64,000 nucleotides of DNA from NCBI GenBank assembly GCA_044222185.1, contig JBGANV010000001.1:1376001-1440000 (forward strand). Reading direction: 5' to 3'. Under the pieces are notes generated by a model. The model was not told where the DNA came from and searched no databases. It was given only the letters and a program-made list of their open reading frames with translations. The DNA is from Planctomycetota bacterium (lineage in GTDB: Bacteria; Planctomycetota; GCA-002687715; CAIWVZ01). The position numbers and the translations under genes were made by a program. This document shows positions 38,101 through 45,943 of this stretch, one piece after another (within the stretch, counting starts at the first letter, position 1; each line of letters opens with the position of its first letter).

Positions 38101-38387
38101 CGCCGGCCCACGAGCCTCACGGGCGCAGGCGCCGCCAGGATCTCGAGGTCTCGGACCAGGCCGAGAACCTCGGCCTCCTCGGGAAGCAGCACCAGGATCG
38201 GCGGCAGCGTCTCGGCGGACCTCGCCGCAGCCGTCAGCAGGATCGAGAGCAGCGCCCCGTGACACCCGCCCACGTGCCCCGGCTCGCTCTCGTCCCCCCT
38301 GAGCGCACCAACCACTCGGCGAAAAACCTTGGTTCTCCGCACGAGTTCCAGCACGTCGATCGACGTAGTGATGGAGTCTGCCGCCAT
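35109..38387 (-). CDS. mfd: Transcription-repair coupling factor
   Basis: RID-like VVHLVHGIARF, CGDVGYGKTE, DEEQRFG, SATPIPRT, QLRGRVGRS, RDLEIRGAGNLLG, C-terminal TRCF domain. Confidence 0.97.
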   Translation of the reverse strand: MAADSITTSIDVLELVRRTKVFRRVVGALRGDESEPGHVGGCHGALLSILLTAAARSAETLPPILVLLPEEAEVLGLVRDLEILAAPAPVRLVGRRASGVERARGIAEWCAGGSRMLAASVESAMDPLPRRADLSSAERSLRVGGRCAMDEFTAALGSAGFERTAVVSAAGQFAVRGDLVDVFDRRARLPLRVEVFDDVVEGLRRFDPVSQIFVETLTVASVWLEGPDGPTGDGALAEYLSDDTVVVLRDPRRIEQMSAAHQETFLEDARPAARARMEALRRFREIVVTRVRGPAESAINLGSQVVTAEGHSFEAAVRTLERVTRGKTATLFCFDGATERERFFAALRATDAPAGASDVLRRTVIPLDGPLSEGFSSPLLGIAAVSHHELFAVTRAVEASPEEVEPPLETRPLDTFLDLAEGDFVVHLVHGIARFMKLERTERGGAHQDFLVLEFRDDVHVHVPTAKIDLVQKYVGGRGEAPELSKVGSGSFQKKKAQVADAVTDLAADLLELSAVRARAQGIAHPADTQWQQAFEAAFPHQETPDQLTSIEAIKRDLESPRPMDRLLCGDVGYGKTELAMRAAFKCVMGGRQVAVLVPTTILAHQHAETFRERMADFPVTVESLSRFRTERQVKQVLEGVTAGHVDVLIGTHRLLQDDVVFRELGLLIVDEEQRFGVVHKEKLRKLRRNLDVLSLSATPIPRTLHQSMVGIRDIATLRQAPAGRRPVHSEVSEWSPALVRAGIMREVERHGQVFFIHNRVQTIHRLVHQLQQLVPEASFVVGHGQMGERELERVMNDFVHGRATVLVSTTIVESGLHIPRANTIFVDRAEMYGLSDLHQLRGRVGRSEVQAFAYFLVRADVVPTEVAQKRLHAIEEFNHLGAGFQLALRDLEIRGAGNLLGPEQSGHIASVGYDLYCRLLDMAVKRLKNERIVSPEEIELFLDFDAYVPEDYVTDRRLRIEIYRKLGRCRVEDDFRTVIAELRDRFGPAPAVVEEFVHVARIRAFMERERISRLELLKGEGPMLRAKNLGALCRRVKLDPRLARVVGGNTLLLVHPQPFSGPRELLDFLQSSLTPLASDGVAAPATYNPRT

Positions 38388-38476
38388 GGGATGCCGCTCC
38401 GCGCGCGGCGCGGCCCCTACAATGCGTGGCGCCTCATGCCCGCTCAACCGACGTTCCAGGTGCACGCCGACGAACC

Positions 38477-40234
38477 ATGACGCTTCCGCGCCTTTGCATC
38501 CTCGCAGCGTTTCTCGCGGCGGCCGCCATCGGAGTGGCGCTGTGGAACGGCGACGCGGCGCCCTCGCGGCTCGCACGCGCCGACCGCGCGCTGCCGCGTC
38601 TGGGAGTGGCCGACAGCCCGATCACACGAACACCCGACGCGGCCGTCGCGGTTGCGCCGTTCCGCGAGTCCACCTCCCCCATTCCGGCAGTCGACCCCGC
38701 CGTCAGCCGACCCGCCACCGACTTCGAATTGCCGGGCGTCAAGGTCGCAGGCCGGCTCGTCCGCCCGGACGGATCGCCGTGGACGCGGACGCGAATCGCC
38801 GCCCGAGCACTCGATGCCACGGACGCGTTGAAGGCCGCCATCTCACCTCAATCCCGAACCGACGACCGGGGGCGGTTCGTCCTGTGGATCGACGCGCGCC
38901 CCGATGACGCCGCCGGTCTTCACCTCGCCATCCAACAGCGCGACGAGCCGACGGACGAGACCGCCGTACTGAACCGGCGTACGACCGAGCTCGCGTTGCC
39001 GGACGTAATGGGGTCTGGCTCGGCCGACCTGGGCGAGGTCGTGCTGGACGAGGATCCGCTCTTCTGCGCTGGCATCGTCGTCGATCGGACCGGTGAGGCC
39101 GTCGCGCAGGCAAAGATCAGGGTCCGAAGCCGAGAGGACGGCGCCGTCGGGTCCGCGCTCCTCATCGACACGACCACCGACGCCAGCGGGCGCTTCCGCG
39201 TCCTCGGAAGCACGCGCCATGGAGGGCTCGAAGTCAACGCGTGTGCGCCCGGCCTCGTCTGCGGCGAAGCGGCGCCGTTCGAACCCGGAGCCACGGGACT
39301 GCGGATCGTGCTCGATCGCGGAGGTGCCATCGCCGGGGCGTTCGTCGACCTTTCGGCGGAGGGCCGCGACTCCATCGAGGTCTGGCTGATCGGCGAGCCG
39401 GCCCAGGTCGACGAGCCACCGGTGCGCGGAACGCCGGCGCGCGTGAGGATCGACGTCCGGCAGAGTGGCGCGTTCGATTGCACGGGCTTGCGCCCCGGCT
39501 CGGCGCGACTCGTCGTCACCTCGGCCGCCGAGATCGAGCCCCTCTTCGCGTGCGACGACATCGCGGTCGTCGCCGGCGAGACGACGAGGGATCCCCGCCT
39601 GTCGGCGATCGAGCTGTCCTCGGTCGCGCGACCGTTGACGGTGCGCGTGGTCGACCGGAGCGATCGCCCCGTCCCCGACGCGACCGTCTGGTGGCGCGGC
39701 TCGGGACGCTGGGAGAGGGGCCGTGCGAGTTCGGACGGGCGCGTCTCGCTGCTGGTCGCTCGAACGAGTCTCTCCGTCATCGCACAGAAGCCCGGATTCG
39801 CGACGGCACGCGCGCGCGGAGTCGACGGAGACGTCCGGCTCGTGCTCGACGACACGGGCGGCCACGAAGTCGTCGTTCGGTTGAAGGACGCGGGCATCGT
39901 TCCCAGGTCGCCGTTCTACCTCTCCGTCAGCCTCGACTGGGTGGGCGAGCCCGGCGACCTGGCAGACGCGACGGCCGGTGAACCGATCACGCGCGACACG
40001 CCCGAACAGCGGTTCGACGCCACGGGCGTCGCACGATGTCGCATGTGGGAGCCCGGACGCTACCGCACGCGCTTGATGCTCGGGCGCAAGTCGGCGGACG
40101 GTTCCAGCGCCATCGGCCTGGGGACGGTCGGCGTCATCGAGGTCCTGGTCGGCACCGGCGGTGAATCCACGGTCCTCGTCGACGTGAGAGCCGCCGACCT
40201 GGAATACGGGAGGAGGTTTCTCGAGAAGCTCTGA
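38477..40234 (+). CDS. Membrane-anchored carboxypeptidase-regulatory-like (Ig) domain protein
   Basis: N-terminal hydrophobic segment; repeated G.VVD..G..V..A and TD..GRF motifs like those in the ECF and M56 extensions. Confidence 0.7.
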   Translation: MTLPRLCILAAFLAAAAIGVALWNGDAAPSRLARADRALPRLGVADSPITRTPDAAVAVAPFRESTSPIPAVDPAVSRPATDFELPGVKVAGRLVRPDGSPWTRTRIAARALDATDALKAAISPQSRTDDRGRFVLWIDARPDDAAGLHLAIQQRDEPTDETAVLNRRTTELALPDVMGSGSADLGEVVLDEDPLFCAGIVVDRTGEAVAQAKIRVRSREDGAVGSALLIDTTTDASGRFRVLGSTRHGGLEVNACAPGLVCGEAAPFEPGATGLRIVLDRGGAIAGAFVDLSAEGRDSIEVWLIGEPAQVDEPPVRGTPARVRIDVRQSGAFDCTGLRPGSARLVVTSAAEIEPLFACDDIAVVAGETTRDPRLSAIELSSVARPLTVRVVDRSDRPVPDATVWWRGSGRWERGRASSDGRVSLLVARTSLSVIAQKPGFATARARGVDGDVRLVLDDTGGHEVVVRLKDAGIVPRSPFYLSVSLDWVGEPGDLADATAGEPITRDTPEQRFDATGVARCRMWEPGRYRTRLMLGRKSADGSSAIGLGTVGVIEVLVGTGGESTVLVDVRAADLEYGRRFLEKL

Positions 40235-40254
40235 TGCCGGCGGCGTGCCGCGAC

Positions 40255-40956
40255 TCAGATCAGCCCGAGTTCATGGAGCGCGAGTCGCGCCGCCCGCTGC
40301 TCGGCTTCCTTCTTGCTCCGCCCGAACGCCGCAGCGAACCGGCGGCGACCGATGGTGACGCAGAGCTCGAACGTACGTACGTGATCGGCCCCCGCCGTCG
40401 AGATGAGCACGTAGTGAGGGTTCCCGAGCGCCTGCGCCTGCGCCCACTGCGAGAGCTGGCTTTTCCAATCGTGGCCCACGGGCTCGTTCGCTGCCCGTTC
40501 GATCGCGTCTCCGAAGTGCCTGCGGACGAATCGCTCGGCGGCCTCGATCCCACCATCGAGGTAAACGGCAGCGACGACGGCCTCGAGCGCGTTGGACAGC
40601 ACGGATGCCGCGATGTGGTCGCGCGTCGCGAACATCTTCCCCACGACGAGGAATTCCTTCAGTCCCATCTCGCGGCCGATCTCGGCGAGGCTCTTGCGGC
40701 TCACGACCTGCGCTCGGGCCTTGGTCATCCGGCCTTCCTCGAAGTCCGGGTGCTCGTCGAAGAGGATCCGGCTCACGATCACTCCGAGGACGGCGTCGCC
40801 CAGAAACTCGAGCCGCTCGTTGCTACGGCCCGACGTCACCTTCGTCGAGGCGTGCGTGAGTGCCGCGGCAAGCAGGTCCCGATCCCGGAACACGTGCCCG
40901 ATGCTCGCTTCGCATCGCGAGAGCAGTCGAGAATCGGCGTCCGTGACTTCGCCCAT
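40255..40956 (-). CDS. rnc: Ribonuclease III
   Basis: NERLEFLGDAVLG signature, EAVVAAVYLDGG, dsRBD G.SKKEAEQ.AA. Confidence 0.96.
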   Translation of the reverse strand: MGEVTDADSRLLSRCEASIGHVFRDRDLLAAALTHASTKVTSGRSNERLEFLGDAVLGVIVSRILFDEHPDFEEGRMTKARAQVVSRKSLAEIGREMGLKEFLVVGKMFATRDHIAASVLSNALEAVVAAVYLDGGIEAAERFVRRHFGDAIERAANEPVGHDWKSQLSQWAQAQALGNPHYVLISTAGADHVRTFELCVTIGRRRFAAAFGRSKKEAEQRAARLALHELGLI

Positions 40957-40959
40957 GCG

Positions 40960-42147
40960 TCAGAGCTCCGGGGACCGCGGGTCGAAGAGCCTGCGATACT
41001 CGCGCTGCGCGTAGCTGTCGGTCATGCCGGCGAGGTAGTCGGCGACGGCCCTGTGGATCCCATCGGCATCCGCCAGGCGCTGGAAACCCGTCGGCAGGAG
41101 TTCACGATGCTCGACGAACGCCGTGAACATCGCGGCCAGGAACACCCTCGCTCGGTGACGCATCCCGGTGACCCGGTGATGCGTGTAGAAATTCTTGTAG
41201 AGAAACGCCTTCAGCTCCGCCTCCGCCGCCGCCACGTCCCGAGAGAATTCCACCAGCGGCCGGGCGTGCCGCCGAACGTCCTCGACGGATCGGATGCGCG
41301 CCTCTGCGAGGTTCTTCGCCGTCTGCCGGACGAGATCCTTCACGAGGTAGTCGATGACGCCGGCGACGGCCTTCTGAACCAGCGTGCGGCCCGAGAGAGC
41401 GCCGAATCGCCGCAGGACGTCGTCCTTCACGCGTCGCCACAGTTCGACGCGGTCCAGGTCCTCCGTCTCCAGGATCCCCGCGCGCAACCCGTCGTCGATG
41501 TCGTGGCTGTTGTAGGCGATCCCATCGGCGAGATCGACGAGTTGCGCCTCGAGCAGCGGGCTGTCGTCGGGTCGATAGTCCGTGTAGAGCGGCCCCTCGA
41601 ACGGTCGTTTGTGCTTCAGGATCGATTCGCGCACCTCGTACGTGAGGTTCAGCCCGCGGAACCCCGCGTACTTCACTTCCAGGTAGTCGACGATGCGTAA
41701 CGACTGGAAGTTGTGCTCGAAACCGCCGTGGTCCGCCATCAGGTGATCGAGTGCGTCGCCGCCCGAGTGCCCGAACGGTGCGTGCCCGAGGTCGTGCGCG
41801 AGTGCGACGGCCTCCGTCAGATCCTGATTCAACCTCAGACTCCGGGCGATCGATCGTGCGATCTGCGACACCTCGATGCTGTGCGTGAGCCGGGTGCGGT
41901 AGTGGTCGCCGGTGTCGGAGAGGAAGACCTGGGTCTTTCCGATCAGTCTGCGGAATGCCGTGGAGTGGATGATGCGGTCCCGGTCGCGCTGAAAGTGAGT
42001 GCGGAATGGATCCGCGACCTCAACCACGCGTCGACCCAGCGTATCGGCGCTCTTCATGGCGAACGGCGCGAGGATGGACTGTTCCTCGCGCTCGAGCTGC
42101 TCGCGCGTCGCGACCAGCGCGTCGAAGTCGGACGGTTCGTTCGCCAT
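40960..42147 (-). CDS. dgt: dGTP triphosphohydrolase (HD domain)
   Basis: FQRDRDRIIHSTAFRRL..KTQVF, RTRLTHS, HDLGHAPFGHSG, DYLAGMTD. Confidence 0.95.
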   Translation of the reverse strand: MANEPSDFDALVATREQLEREEQSILAPFAMKSADTLGRRVVEVADPFRTHFQRDRDRIIHSTAFRRLIGKTQVFLSDTGDHYRTRLTHSIEVSQIARSIARSLRLNQDLTEAVALAHDLGHAPFGHSGGDALDHLMADHGGFEHNFQSLRIVDYLEVKYAGFRGLNLTYEVRESILKHKRPFEGPLYTDYRPDDSPLLEAQLVDLADGIAYNSHDIDDGLRAGILETEDLDRVELWRRVKDDVLRRFGALSGRTLVQKAVAGVIDYLVKDLVRQTAKNLAEARIRSVEDVRRHARPLVEFSRDVAAAEAELKAFLYKNFYTHHRVTGMRHRARVFLAAMFTAFVEHRELLPTGFQRLADADGIHRAVADYLAGMTDSYAQREYRRLFDPRSPEL

Positions 42148-42185
42148 GGTGTTCTCGTAGCGCGTGCGCGCCGCCGGGGTCGAGC

Positions 42186-43388
42186 CTACTCGTGGCTCAT
42201 GGGCCCCTCAAGCGAGGCCGGCAGCGACCGCGAGGCGTGACGCGCGAGGAACGCGATGGTGAGAAATCCTGCAACGCAACAGGCGGCGGGCACGAACAGC
42301 GAGCCGTTCGCGCTTCCGAACGAACCGGCCGCGTAGCCCGCGAGCGGAGCGACGAGCGCGTTCGCGAGCCCGAGAACGGCCTCGTGCAGCCCCGCCGCCG
42401 AGCTCGCATCCCGTGGGAGCCGCAGAGAAAGAGCCAGCGACTGTGTGTACGCGATGCCGCCGCCGATCCCGTAAAGCGCCGCCGCGACGAGGAGCCAGGG
42501 AACGCTCGCCGAATTGAACAGGACGGCAACGCCGCCGAGGAGTGTGATGGGAACGCTGGCGAGCATCCCGACTCGCCCGACGAGCTGCGGCGTCCGTCGC
42601 AGCCATTCGAAGACGAGGATGTTCGACACGACGACCGTCGCGAGCATGAGGTTGCCCGTTCCCTCGCCCTCAGGTCCGGTGAATCCGCGGGCCGTCATGA
42701 GAGGCGCGTTCTGCGTCAGCAGCACGGTGAAGACCGCGCAGCCGAGGAAGATCCCGACCCACGCCATCCGCACCTTCGTCAAGAGCATGGGATCGCCCTG
42801 TCCGTCCTTCGAGCCCGTGCGCTGCTCGCGCGTGGGGCGTTGCCGGTCGGCCGGCGCCGCGAGCGCAATCAGCAAGCCGACTCCGGCAGCGAGGACGTAG
42901 GCATCGATCGTGTCGAGCCAGCCTCGCCCGAAGACGAGAGCGTTGACGCCGTAGCCCAGTGACTTCCCCACGCTCCAGCTCAGGCTGAACGCCGATGCAG
43001 CGCGTGCCAGGTCGGAGAATGCCTGGTCGGCCATGCGCGCCTGGATCGTGGGCCAGAACACGGCGCCGGCCGCACGAACGAGCATCATGCCGCACACGAA
43101 AACCGGGAGGGATGGCGCCACTCGGGCGACGACGCAGCCGGCAGCGATGGCGACGGCGGCCAACCGCATCACCGTCCTGCGACTCAGGCGATCAGTCCAT
43201 CGAGGGAACGCGAACGCCACGAGGCAGTAGATCGCATCCATCGCGAACCCGACACCTCCGAGTGCCGTCGGCGTCGCACCGAATGCACGCGTGGCGTGGA
43301 AGCTCAGCGCTCCCAGCGCGACGTGCACGCAGAAGTCGGCGAGCCCCGCGGTGATCAGGAGCCGGGTGTCGAGGAGGCGCTGGCGCAT
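42186..43388 (-). CDS. MFS transporter
   Basis: About 12 hydrophobic helices and motif A-like TDRLSRR. Confidence 0.75.
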   Translation of the reverse strand: MRQRLLDTRLLITAGLADFCVHVALGALSFHATRAFGATPTALGGVGFAMDAIYCLVAFAFPRWTDRLSRRTVMRLAAVAIAAGCVVARVAPSLPVFVCGMMLVRAAGAVFWPTIQARMADQAFSDLARAASAFSLSWSVGKSLGYGVNALVFGRGWLDTIDAYVLAAGVGLLIALAAPADRQRPTREQRTGSKDGQGDPMLLTKVRMAWVGIFLGCAVFTVLLTQNAPLMTARGFTGPEGEGTGNLMLATVVVSNILVFEWLRRTPQLVGRVGMLASVPITLLGGVAVLFNSASVPWLLVAAALYGIGGGIAYTQSLALSLRLPRDASSAAGLHEAVLGLANALVAPLAGYAAGSFGSANGSLFVPAACCVAGFLTIAFLARHASRSLPASLEGPMSHE

Positions 43389-44281
43389 GGACGGAAGTAG
43401 GCACCGTACCGGAAGAAGTCGAGCAGGATATGCGCGAGGAATGGCGTCAACCAGACCGGATGGAGGAGGAAGCCCGACTGCGGGCCCAGGTCCCACCAGT
43501 CCATGAGATCCGGAAAGAGCGCGCCATCAGGAAACCAGATCGACCGCGACGCGATCCACCATTCCGCGAACGCTGCGGCGAGCGCGAGCAGCACGGCCGG
43601 CCAACGAAGCACGGCCCTCAGCTCGAAGGCTCCGACGACGAGCGCCGGCACGGCATGAAGGACGAGAATCGCCCACATCACGAGTTCGGGACCGGGCGCC
43701 ACGAGCAGGTTCGCAGCGAACACACCTGCGATCGGGACCAGCCACGAGTCCCGCACGCGGGACGCCCCGTGTCGCATGAGGTCGAACGCGAGGATCGCCG
43801 CGCCGACCGTGGACACGGAGAGCGGAAGCCACGCCTCCACGCGCTGCGTGAAGGCAGGAAGACCCGACATGCCAAACCAGGACACGAGGCCATCGTCGGG
43901 CTCGTATTTCGCCGATCTGAGGACCGTCAGGCCCATGGCCCCGATCACCAGCAACGCGTCGCCGATCAGCGGACCCGCTGCGTTCCGCGCGTCAGGCAAG
44001 CGCGCTCGGAATCGCCACTGCCACCAGGAAACACCTGCGTGGACGACCATGGCCCAGAACACCACCCTCCAGAACAGGAGATCGCCGCGATTCGAGTTCA
44101 CGTAGAGCCCGATGGCCTCACCGAATCCGATCGCGAGAGCCAGCAGCACGACGGCGCGTCCACCAGGTCCGACGCCGTCTCGACGGAACGACGGCGGCGT
44201 CGCCAGAGAGAGCCACTGGTGGGCACGCTCGAAGCAGAACGCGCCGACGAGGCCCCAGAACCCGACCGCGGGCAGCGTCAC
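43355..44281 (-). CDS. Hypothetical polytopic membrane protein
   Basis: Multiple TM segments; overlaps both neighbours in an operon-like arrangement. Confidence 0.6.
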   Translation of the reverse strand: MTLPAVGFWGLVGAFCFERAHQWLSLATPPSFRRDGVGPGGRAVVLLALAIGFGEAIGLYVNSNRGDLLFWRVVFWAMVVHAGVSWWQWRFRARLPDARNAAGPLIGDALLVIGAMGLTVLRSAKYEPDDGLVSWFGMSGLPAFTQRVEAWLPLSVSTVGAAILAFDLMRHGASRVRDSWLVPIAGVFAANLLVAPGPELVMWAILVLHAVPALVVGAFELRAVLRWPAVLLALAAAFAEWWIASRSIWFPDGALFPDLMDWWDLGPQSGFLLHPVWLTPFLAHILLDFFRYGAYFRPCASASSTPGS

Positions 44282-45834
44282 AACCAGCTCCCGTCACGAT
44301 TCCCGAGGAAGGCCAGTGCGGCCTCAGCCGCGCGCACCCCCCATTGGAGGGCGCCGTCCGCAGATGGAATCCCGGCTGCATCGGAGCCGGCCAGCCAGAA
44401 GGGAGAAGGAAGAACGCGCAGCGCGGGCACCACCTTGGTGAGGAATCCCGGGTGCGGTCGCGCGGTGCCGTGCCCGAGGCGAAGGATGTGCGCGGACACC
44501 GCGCATTCCGAGATGTCCGGAAAGACGCGCGTGAGGTCCGGCAGTACGTAATCGAGCGCGCCATCCTCGTCCAGTCCGCCGACGAGGCTCCGTGCGGCCT
44601 CGACGTGTCGCGACGTGAACGGCCGCTGATCGACCAGGACGCGCGTCCGTCCGTCGGTGACGTGCGTCAGTCGCGCGGACGGACCCATCCGAGGCACGTG
44701 GAACGCCGCGCGCGCGTCGAACCCGCTGGGCCAACGCGAGAGCTCGAGCGCGGTGACGAGCCACGGCGTTCGCGGCGTCGCGAGCGCGCCCGCGAGGGCT
44801 GGCGGCGGATCGTGAAACAGCCTCCGCGCCGTGAACGCCGGCACGGCGAAGATGACGGCGTCAGCCGTCCACTCCGTGACGCGGGCGTCGTAGGCATTCG
44901 CCACGATGACCGAGGCTCGACCTTCGGCTGCGCCGACGCGCAGCGCGACCTCCGCACCGCGTGAGTTCGGGCCCAGGCGACGAGCGAGCTCCTTGGCGAG
45001 AGTGGCGGCCCCACGCCCGGCGACGTCCGCCGGGAGGCCGTCGTTCGCGCCGCGGAGGACGGCGTCGTCCGCGAGTGCGGCCGCACTCACGCAGTCGAGC
45101 GGAGCGCCGAACCGCGCGCGACACCAGCGCTCGATCCGCGGCGTGGCGTCGGCATGCGCGCGCCCCTCCGTCGCGAGCCATTGCGCGACGTTCAGGTCGT
45201 CGAGGTCGGCGAATGCCGTCGACGGACCTGTCGCCGTGCCTCGCGACGCAGACCTCCGCTTTTGAAATGCCTCGATGAGTGAAATCCAACCGCTCTCTTC
45301 CGGGAGCTCCGCCGCGGTGGTCCAGCCGTCGGGGCCGAACACGCGCTCCGTCGGACGCGCTCCCGCGGATTCAGGCCGCGATTCCGTGCGGCTCGCCGTG
45401 GCGAGAAGACCCGCGTCGGCCAGCAGCCGCCTCCCCCACGGCTCGCTGATTCTGCCCGCATGGAGCGCGACGCAGCCCAGCGGCACGTCGGCGATCGAGC
45501 CGATTCCCGCCGTGCGCGCCACACCACCAACGCCATCTTCGACTTCGAACAGGACGACGTCCTCGATACCCGCTGCGCGCACGCGCCAGGCCGCGCTCAC
45601 ACCGCCCAAGCCGCCGCCGATGACGACGACGCGCGCCGACGCCTTGCGATCGACCGAGATCGCCTTCGCGTCACGCCGCATCCAACCGTGACCTCGTTCC
45701 AGAGACGCCCCGATGAATCGAACCGGGATCGAGGGTTCGGGCCTCCGCTTCGCGGTCACGCGTACGACGGATGCGCCGAGGGCACCGACCAGGAAGGCGC
45801 GGCGCGACATTCGTGTGTTCAGCGGAAGGGGCAT
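44278..45834 (-). CDS. FAD-dependent oxidoreductase (amine oxidase-like), probable Tat substrate
   Basis: SRRAFL Tat-like motif, VVIGGGLGGVSAAW, E.EDGVGG, C-terminal AGSD..G....GA...GVRAA. Start 45810-45834. Confidence 0.75.
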   Translation of the reverse strand: MPLPLNTRMSRRAFLVGALGASVVRVTAKRRPEPSIPVRFIGASLERGHGWMRRDAKAISVDRKASARVVVIGGGLGGVSAAWRVRAAGIEDVVLFEVEDGVGGVARTAGIGSIADVPLGCVALHAGRISEPWGRRLLADAGLLATASRTESRPESAGARPTERVFGPDGWTTAAELPEESGWISLIEAFQKRRSASRGTATGPSTAFADLDDLNVAQWLATEGRAHADATPRIERWCRARFGAPLDCVSAAALADDAVLRGANDGLPADVAGRGAATLAKELARRLGPNSRGAEVALRVGAAEGRASVIVANAYDARVTEWTADAVIFAVPAFTARRLFHDPPPALAGALATPRTPWLVTALELSRWPSGFDARAAFHVPRMGPSARLTHVTDGRTRVLVDQRPFTSRHVEAARSLVGGLDEDGALDYVLPDLTRVFPDISECAVSAHILRLGHGTARPHPGFLTKVVPALRVLPSPFWLAGSDAAGIPSADGALQWGVRAAEAALAFLGNRDGSWL

Positions 45835-45943
45835 GGACGGATCGTCGAGTGGCTGAGACGATACCGCCCTTCGCTCACCGCTCGAAGACGAGCCCGCTCG
45901 GGACGACGCCCGTGCGGCAAGCTGCGGGATCATCCACGCCACG

